The notes below the pieces were generated by a model. The model was not told the DNA's origin. It saw only the letters and a list, made by a program, of their open reading frames with translations, and ran no database searches. DNA of 64,000 nt from Glaucostegus cemiculus (Eukaryota): assembly GCA_976551045.1 (NCBI GenBank), contig CDPCPM010000023.1:4216001-4280000 (forward strand), read 5' to 3'. Positions 54,551 through 64,000 of the stretch are shown piece by piece. The position numbers were made by a program, and so were the translations under genes. Numbering within the stretch: the stretch's first letter is position 1; every line of letters starts with the position of its first letter.

Positions 54551-56039
54551 GTATGTTATTCACGGCGTATATTTATGGAAAACCTTGTTTATTGGAAAAA
54601 AGGTGTAGTACGTGACAATAAATAGTATCAGAACGTATCTTGGTTTAGCCAGTACTGTAAGGTTGCACACATTAAAGTGTCAGGCGATTATCCGCCTGTC
54701 CAAAAGAAGAAAGAATTTTTCAGTGAAAATGTCTTTTTTTTAAGTGCATGTTTATTTGGTGTATGGTAGTTACAAAGTGACCTTTCCCACTGCGTAACCT
54801 TACTTCGTTGTACGGATCTTTAAAAAAAAATCTTCTTTCGGCATCAACAGTAATCCCTTTATTAATCATAGCATGGTTACAGCACGGAAGGAGTCATTCG
54901 GCCCGCTGAGTACGTACTGGCTCTATTGCAAGAGCAATTCAGCTAGTCGCATTTCGATACTTTCTCGTCGTAGCTCTCTTTTCTAGTTATCCAGACCCCC
55001 CGTGAACACTGTAATTGAATCTGTCTCCTTCACCATTCCTGGCAGTGTATTTCAGACCCTAACCTCCGCGTGGAAAATAAAACTTCTGTCACTTTCAGCT
55101 CTTTGGCTAATCAGTTTCATTCTATATTTTTCTGTTCCTGACCCCTCCACCAATCGAAGCAATTCATATTTACCTTCTGTGTAACCTTCATGGTTTTAAA
55201 TACCTCTTTCACAAGTGAAACCCAATGTCATAATGAGGCCAAAAGCCTAATGTTAAGGCTTCACTGAGTATGGAGTGTCCAGAGTGTTTGATTCAGGTGG
55301 ACAGACGGGAGATTGTTGCTGCTTCTGATTGCATGTGATTGGAACATGAAGAGTGCTGGCAATGGAGATAAAGTGGCCTGGCCAAGTTAACCTTAATATT
55401 TGTTGTATTTGAGTCTTGGCGAGTTGCCAACATTGTTTGTTGATGCTGGTAGAAGGTTACTGGACCTGAAATGGTAGTTGCCAGGTAGATAAAACATCAG
55501 CACAGCATCCTTGTTACATGCTGTGGCACCATTGTTGGCTGCAGCATATAAAACAGGCAAATATGACATAGTGTATATCTGGCTGCTGTGACCCTGCCAG
55601 TTGGATCACCTTCATCACATGTATTTCTGCCTCGGAGAGCTAGTGCTTCAGGAAATACAACCTGCCAGCCTCCCACAATACATTGTTAATTACTTGCTCA
55701 ACTACCTGGATTTTCAAACCCATTGTGGAAGGTCCAGCAAATGGAAAACAAGATGTGTGGATTGCACTTTACAAGCAGTGACCACGGTTCAATTTGCTGC
55801 TGTAGAATCTGCCCTGTAAAGTACTCTTGTAATACAGCTCTGGGAGAATTGGCCGTATTACAAGAGTACCTGTGAACGTACTGTGGATTTATTAGACAGC
55901 ATGTGGAAACTGACTTCAAAGCGAGCCAAGCATGACACAGCATTAGTCCAGTGCAGTTATACCATTGTCAGCTATAGTCTGGGTACATTCCCGTGAAGAA
56001 GAAGGGTGGGGAAGTTAAAGTGGGAACTCCCTGAATGAT

Positions 56040-57945
56040 AAAAGGAGAGTGAACAAGATAGAGTAGAATGGAGAGTATATGACAAATATCAGATTGTCAA
56101 CACGTGAGAACCAGGCTGGTTTTAGAAAGTTCAGAAGAGAAGTTTTAGCAACCCAAAACCTTTTGTTTTAATAAGAGAAAGCATGAGAAAAAGCTGGCAA
56201 CCAAATATAAAGGGGAATCTAAAAATATTCTATCAAGATGTGAATCAGTAAAGGGTCATAAGAAACCTAGTGGGCAAAATCAGACACCAAAAAGAAATCT
56301 ACTATTGGAGATATAGGGCATGGCTGATGTGATAAAAGAGTACTTTACACTAGTATTTACCAATGAAGAAGATGCTGCTGGAATCTCAGCAAAAGAAATT
56401 AAGATTCTCGATGGGCTAAAAAACTGTCAAAGGGTAATAGAAAGGTCCAGGTGGGGGACTTCCAAGGTTGCTTGGGGAAGTAAGAGGGGATATTGCACAT
56501 TATAGATTTGGGGGTGGTGACTGAATCTTGGAAATGCTACACCCTTGTTCAGAAGTGTTTATAGAATCATGCAGAATGGAAACAGGTGATTCGGTTCACC
56601 ACATCCATGCTGACCAGTGGGCACCTATCTGTATTCGTCCCATCTTCCAGCACTTGGCCCATAGCCTTATGCCTAGATGATTGTAGTGCTTGTCTAGACA
56701 CTTTTTTAAGAGCTGGGGGGATTAATCCACTAACTACGTACCAGTCAGTTTAATTTCAGTGGTGAGGAAAAGTTTTGGACCAGTAATCAAGAATGGAATT
56801 AGCAGTCACATGGACAAATGTGGACTTATCAGAGAATGCCAACCTGGATTTGATAAAGGCAAATCACATCTAACTTGTGGAGTTTTTGATGAAGAAACAG
56901 AGGGTGATGAGGGAGGTGCAGCTGATGTAGTGTACGTGGGCTTGATAGATGCCACGTAATATGTTTGAAACTCATGGAATAAAAGGGATTGGAGCAGCAT
57001 GGATAAAAAAATTGGCTAAGTGACAGAAAACAGAGAGTGGTAGTAAAAGCAGTTCCACTAGCTGCACCACCGTACCAGGAATATTGCCTTCTAAGTAAAT
57101 ATTAATGACTTGGTCTTGAACGTACAAGGTGCAACTTCCTTGCGTAAATTTGCAAACCTTGTGTAAATTTGCAGACGACACAAAGATTGGAGATGTAATC
57201 AACTTTGCACAGGATAGTAATGGTCTTCAAGAAGATATAGGTAGGGTGATGGAATGGCTGCATTGATGACATATGAACTTTGAGAAATACAAGATTTTGC
57301 ATTTTTGACTGGAAGATTGAAAAGAGGCAATATAATCTGGAGGGCACAATTCCAAAAAGATACAAGAACAGAGAGCTGAGAGTATATAATTCATTGAATT
57401 TGGCAGGATAGGCTGAGAAAGTAGTTGAAAAAGCAAACGTGATACTGGGCTTCATAAATTGAGGCATAAAAGTACAAGAGCAAGGAAGTCAAAGTTGGGA
57501 TGAACCTTTATAAAATACAGGCTCAGAAACATTGAGAATATTGTTTTTCTGAGCATGTTACTTAAAGAAATATGAAGGCTTTAGAGAGTGCTTAGAGGAC
57601 ATTTACTAAAATGACTCCAGAATGAGGAATTCTGGATATGTGGATAAACAGGACAAACTGAGGTTGTTTTCCTTGGAACAGGGAGGGTTGCATGGGGAAT
57701 CTGATAGAGGTGTTTAAGATCATGAAGGTTTTCAACAGAGTACAATGTGGAAGAGTGGCTTTTAAGAAGCAAGTGGTTAAAATCTGGAATGCACTACCAG
57801 GGTATCAGCAGAGGCAGTTTCAATTATAGCGCTCAAAAGGAAGCTGCATAATTTTCAGAAAAGAAAGTTTGCAATGCTATGTGGAGAAACCGAGAGTAGG
57901 GCTAGTTGGATTGTTCTTTTTGTGTCGTAACCATTCAGTTATTGG
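56040..57945 (+). mobile_element. Decayed CR1 LINE with a nested opposite-strand CR1 3' end (about 56560-56720)
   Basis: YFTLVFTNE, Q.GF.KGKS.LT and KFADDTK (with a 19-bp tandem duplication at about 57138-57175) motifs. Confidence 0.75.
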
Positions 57946-60900
57946 ATTCAGTAAAATATCCTAGCTGGAACACTCTTGCCCTTTTGGCATGCTTGACCCG
58001 TAATGGACTTTTTTTCAGAATATGTTATGTTTAGAATGGAGTCTGCTTTGCAAACATGCTGATATTTTGACACTGTCCCTTTAGGGCAGGGCTGACCTTT
58101 GGTGCAGATTTGAATTTCACTTCATGGCCATTTTTTGTTAAGCAGACTTGAGTACTTTATTTTATAAATAGGTTCTTTCAGTCCTGTTGTAGCCCACTGA
58201 TCTAAAGTGACCTTGGGCCCCTTTGTCTTTCCACCTGCCCCATCAATCAGTTCAATAATGACTCAGAGCCACACGACACGAGTCTTGGAATGTGTTTGTT
58301 GCTTTTCCACAGAAGATGAGACTCTGTGTTTCAGTGATGTACTGTCCAGCATGCGCTGTTATGTCCTGAGTTTCCTGACAAATGTCTGTCAACATTCAAG
58401 TGATGCTGGCTTTGATTTTAAACTCACTAAACCAGTACTTTTTTTTAGACTAAACTGCTTAAGAGATGTATGATTCAATTAGCTCCCACTCATGGGTTTC
58501 CTCCAGAAGTCAACACAGCAAAAATGTAAATGTGTTCAAATTATTCAGGAAGCAGAAGAAAAGTTATAGCAAATTAATGAATCTTTTAGACAGCATCAAG
58601 TTAACTGTGGATAATATGGATACAATAGTTAATTAACCTTTAGGAGTTGTATCCTTTTGACTGGAGCTGTCTGACGTGTGAGATTATTGCTTAGATTATG
58701 CCATGTCTATACTTTTTTTAAAATTATTCCCTTGGTTGAAAGTAACCAACTCTTGGAGATTGCTGACAGTCACTGATATTCCTTCAGTACCATATCCAAT
58801 TGGAATTCAGCATATAGGTCTTGACCATTGTGTCATGGAGTAATTTGATAGTGGGAAGTGGTGATTTACAGTCATGACTGATTCTGTGCTTGTTATTTTT
58901 ATTCAGGGGCTTTGCATAATGATAAGCAACACTGAGCTTTCTTTTTCTTACCCTAACCCAATAATACTAAATTAATATGCTGTAATTGGCTTCAGGAAAA
59001 GGAGGATAAAATAAAACCAGAATTTTTGTTACTGGAAATTGATGTTTGGCAATCAGGAGGTCATAGGGTAGGAGTTATCATAGCTGGATACCCTGCAACA
59101 AGTAATTATCAAGATTTACTCCTGATAGTGCATATATTGATCCATATTATTTGAAATTTGAACATAGTATGAGATAAAACTGACATTTTTTTTCAGTGGA
59201 TTCCAGATAGTTTGTTGATTTTATTTTTGTTCTTTGAAAACTTCTGACTAAAAAATTGCTCCACATGATCTGCAGAGGGAATAAAATCTACTAATATTTG
59301 CCATGCCTCAAAGAAGAACACCAATATATATCCACTTGACTGAAAAATTATGGATTCCATTGGGGGAATCTTCAAACATATTTACCCTTGCTTATGATAC
59401 AACTCTACAGTATTTTCAGATCCACACATTCTGTTTAGGTAAGTGGTGTCTGTGGAAGGTAATGAAGGATGACAGAATTTGTAGAAATGACTGTGTACCA
59501 CTAAAATCAGTCAGATTGCACCTCTGTAAGATTGCCAAGTGCAGCCACTGCGAGCTCTTTCATGTTTCCACAGTAATTGCTGCTAACCAGCTCTGCTGTA
59601 TAGTAATTTTAATCCTCATTGTTTTTAATTTTAAATTAAGTTTTCAGGTTTGCATTTTGGCATGTAGTCTGTGAAATCAATGTGCATTTTTGTTATGATA
59701 TGCTTGTGAAAGAATATTTTGGTGTATTGCATTACATCGTGTTGCTATGCATTATATCACTGCGAGTGGTGCATTTTTATGAGTTAAAACAATTTGTTTA
59801 GTCTTGATCTTAGAACTTGTTTTAGTTGTGCATGAGAAGAAGGTCTTGTCTGTGTTAATTAGTGACTGGTTATTTGGGTTGAATAACCAACCAGTCTCCT
59901 GATGGACAGCCAGATGCCTGTCAATGCTAATTTGAGGAACTGAGAATTAGTGTGACTGCTAGCTGCCTTGTAATTAGTTCTGGGGTGTGTTCTGATATGA
60001 AGCAGTGTGCTGGGTTTTCTGATTCCTATCAGGAATATTTAAAGGGACGTCAACCTTGACATCTGGCACACTAAGAGGTCCCATGCAGCACTAAGATTTC
60101 CAATCTTAAATAGCAAGCTCTATCGATAGAATTGTACTGACAGTTGGCTAAACCACTCTCCCAAGCTAAACAAGCAGTCAGAATGATCTTGATACTACAA
60201 ATATTACAATTAAATGCTACTTAAACCAATTAAATAAACTTTAAGTAAACTCAAAAACAATGTAAATTATCTTCTACTTGCTCATTTCCATTGCAGCTAT
60301 TTCTTCCCTAATCTGGCCTGAGATCAGTGAGCAGATTTACTAGGATAGGTGCTGGGAAATCTGCTTTCTGGAGGAATCCACAATCAAAGCACAGTGGTCC
60401 TCACTGGCAATCAACTGTGTGCTAATTTTGGACTTGTGCATTCACATTATGTATGTGTGTGTACATGCCATCATTTTTTTAGGGAACTGCAGACTTTGTA
60501 GTGGGAGGTTTCAGCTAATATTATTTAAAACATTCTTTTCCCTGATTTTTTTTTCATCTTGATTTCTGGTTCACACTGATATTTACTACTCAGGTGTTGG
60601 CTGTCTATTTGGTATCTTATCCAAGTATCCATTTATTGCACTGGAGCCTGGAATGTAAGAGACAGTGGGATATTTGAATGTGGAGCTTTTTGCTCTATAT
60701 AAAGTTCAGTAATACATAGTAGTGTATTACTCTTGAACCTTCAAAGACCTGGGCTGGCAACTTAGTTATTCCTTCTACTTAATGTCTGGATGTATGTATA
60801 CACCAGCCACTTTCCATGATTAATAGCACAATGGTGTCCACACTGAAGCTCCATTTTGGGATGTTATTGCTCCTAGACCATTGGAAGTTAAACTGTCAGA

Positions 60901-62149
60901 CGGATGTAAATTACTTCTCCAATAAAAATATATCAAGTCAGACAGCATCCACAGAGTAAATAAAATTCGGGTTATGGAGCCATTACCATGCCTGAGAATG
61001 AAAAGAACCTCCAACCTTATCTGTGAACTTTCCGATTTGATTTGAACATCACTTTATTTTTTTTAAAAAAGGTGAATTATCTTTTATCTTTCACTCCCAG
61101 TGAAAAGCTGCAGATTCTGATGCACTTCAGCATTTTCTACTTCTTATGTCATATTTTCAGTATTTATATTGATGATATCTGTTATCCAGAGCATTTATGA
61201 ATTTTTGAAATTGTTAAAGTATGTAGAATTCTGCAGCTGCTAACTGAAAACAGTATGTAGACAAGGGATTTAAAGACTTAATTTCTCTGCCCCCTTGGTC
61301 AGAGACCTTCATGGTCTATTTCTATTGCATTGTAATGAGGGGTGATAAATGCTGGCTGTGCATTCAGCTTTTTTGACATGTGTCCAAGACTTGCTGTAAG
61401 ACTAGCACATACTGAGTGACAGATGCTGCCACATTTGGGATCTGGTTCATCACTGGATTCTACTTTGGGTCCAGCAATGGATTCTCCAACATCATGTACT
61501 CTGATCTTGTGCCAGATCTGAACTAGTGTAGGACCAGAGGCTCAATTTATTTCATTAAGGATCCTTATTGTGTGAATAGGGAAGATATAGAATTTTTAAA
61601 TTATTCACTTTGGTTTAATGTTTTTTTATTGATTGGTCATCCTTGTTAACTTAATTTACAAGTACTGAATTGGCAATCATATACATGTTAATGAGATTAA
61701 ACTCTCTCTCTCATCACCATCACCAGTGATTCAAGGACTGTGGCTATGCAATCATGCTTTTTGGCCAATGTTATGTTCTGAATAAGTTGAACTTTCCTAT
61801 CAACTTTTGTGGTTTAGAGTTTTCTTAGGTGTGATAATATAATGTGGATGTTAACAACAGTGTGAAATCCTTTACACTTTCTTGTTTAAATCGCCAATGA
61901 AATTATCAAATGCTGAGAATTCATGGAAATTTACCGTCAGTATTTTTTATTAGTACCTATCCTATCTCAGGGTAAAATACTCTTCATCAATGATCTACCA
62001 TCTTCTCAACGTCCCCGTTCATTTCTCTTGCAATTTGTTGTTTTCTCATTCATCCTTAACAATCCATAAGTAAGTAACTAATCTTCTAATAGTTGGCCCA
62101 AATATTTGTGTACCTTTTAGTTTGTTTATTATCCAAGTGCTTTTCCTAG

Positions 62150-64000
62150 AAATGGGTCTAAGACTGTGTCATTAATTGTTGAAACAGTACTTTTGGAGGA
62201 CTAATGAGGCTGAAGATTACAGAATGAAAAGCAGGATAACAGAAAGTACTAAGGAACAGAGAGGACTTGGTGTATATCTCTAAGGATTCCTCAAGGCAGT
62301 AGATGAGATGGTTAAGAAGGCAAAAGCGATATTCACATTCATTAGCAGGGCACAGAAAAGATTAGGCCGTTTATGGTACAATTACATAAAACATTAGTTA
62401 GGTCATGGCTGGAGAAAAGACATGATTGAACTGCAGAGGGTGCAAAGGAAATTCAAGAGATTATGCAGATGCTGGAATTTAGAGCAACACACACAAAATG
62501 CTGGAGAAAGTCAGTGGGTCAGGCCGCATCTCTGGAGGGAAATAAACTGTCGCTGTTTTGGGTCAAGACCCTTCATCAGGACTAGGAAGGAAGAGGGCAG
62601 AAGCCAGAAATAAGAAGAGAGGGGGAGGGGAAGGAGCACAGGTTGGCAGGTGATAGGTGAGTCCAGATGAGAGGTGGTAGGTAGGTGGGTGAGGGGAGGG
62701 GGGTGCGGGGGATGAAAGGGAGTGACGTGAGAAGCTGGGAGGTGGCACTGTAGGTGGAAAAGGCTACGTGGAACAGTCCATGTTCCAAGCTTACACTGGT
62801 AATGTTCCCCGACTCTTTCTCCGCAACATTGACGACTGCAATGGGGCTGCTTCCTCCACCCATGCTGAGCTTGTCAATTTCATCAACTTGTCTCCAACTT
62901 CCACCCTTCCCTCAAATTTACTTGGTCCATCTCTGACACCTCTCTCCCCTTTCTCGTTCTCGCTGTATCTATCTCTGGAGAAAAATTATCCACTGACGTC
63001 CACTGACTCCCACAATTACCTTGACTACGCCTCTTCCCACTCTGTCACTTGTGAGGATGCTGTTCCCTTCTGCTCTTACACCTCCTCCCTCACCACCATT
63101 CAGGACCCTTGACAGTCCTTCCAGGTGAGACAGCGCTTCACCTGTGAGCCTGAGGGTGTCAGTTATTGCATCTGGTGCTCCTAGTGCAGCCTCCTCTACA
63201 TCAGTGAGACCTGATGCAGATTGGGTGACTGCTTCCTCAAGCTCCTTTGCTCCATCAACCGCAACAGCTAGGATCTCTCAGTGGCTAGCCACTTGAATTC
63301 CATTTCCCATTCCCATACTGACATGTCTATCCACGGTCTCCTCTACTGCCTCTGAGGCCAGTTGCAGGTTGGAGGAGCACACCCCATATTCCATTTTGGT
63401 AGCCTTCAAACTGACAGCATCAACATCGATTTCGCAAACTACCAGTAACCCCGCCCCTCTGTTTTCCCTCATTCCTGTGCTCCTCTTACCCCTTCTCCTT
63501 CCCCTCCTCCACCCTCACAACCTGCCTGGCATTTCCCTCTGGTTCCCCACCTCCTTCCCTTTATTCCATGGTATACTGTCCTCTCCTACTGGATTCCTCC
63601 TCCTTCAGCGCTATGCCTCTTCCACCTATCACCTCCCAGCTTCTCGCATCATTTCCTTTCATCCCACCTGCCTTCCCCCTCTCACCCGGACTCAGCTACC
63701 ACCTGCCAGCTTGTGCTTCTGTCCCTCCCCCCTACCTTTTTACTCTGGCTTCTGCCCTCTTCCTTCCCAGTCCTAATGAAGGGTCTCAACCAGAAACGTC
63801 AACTGTTTATTTCCCTCCATAGATGCTGCCTGACCTGCTGTGTTCCTCTAGCATTTTGTGTGTGTGTTGCAAAGGAGATTCAGCAGGAGATTGCTTGGCA
63901 TGGAGCACTTCTGGTTGGAGGAGAGAACTGAAAGGGTATGGTTGTTCTCCTTGGATGGGAGAAGGCTGAGGGGGACCTGAATGAGCTGTACAAAATTATG
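62150..64000 (+). mobile_element. Decayed CR1 host, split by the Penelope element
   Basis: KDMIELQRVQR before the insertion and RLRGDL.ELYKIM-like sequence after it. Confidence 0.7.
62456..63870 (+). mobile_element. Penelope-like element, internally deleted, with an inverted 5' pLTR, inserted in a CR1
   Basis: 62484-62764 is the reverse complement of about 63615-63870; RT YVEQSMF..FLRNIDDC, then GIY-YIG-like FTC...YCIWC..LYISET; flanking duplication tgcaaagga(a/g)attca. Confidence 0.85.

Overview
Eukaryotic, AT-rich vertebrate genomic DNA. The repeat landscape (CR1, Rex1/Babar, Penelope-like, RTE and L2 remnants) points to a cartilaginous fish, probably a ray or shark; this is inference. Positions 1123-28063 (+) hold the last 12 coding exons of IGSF22, an Ig/FN3 protein of the MyBP-C/IGFN1 family. 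All 12 exons have canonical AG/GT boundaries and consistent phases, encode about 813 aa, and end in ...RRSKHIM*. About 26 kb of repeat-rich intergenic DNA follows. Near 54 kb there is a CpG-rich promoter with the first exon and a probable 23-nt micro-exon of a second + strand gene that I cannot identify. There is one assembly gap (9134-9281). I found no prokaryotic features, CRISPR arrays, rRNA or tRNA genes, and no convincing novel multi-gene system. The most unusual signals are a cluster of local direct and inverted duplications in IGSF22 introns, two young LINE insertions, an inverted CR1 pair that could circularise two in-frame exons, and the unidentified downstream gene. Family assignments rest on recalled protein motifs, not database searches, and TE boundaries are approximate.
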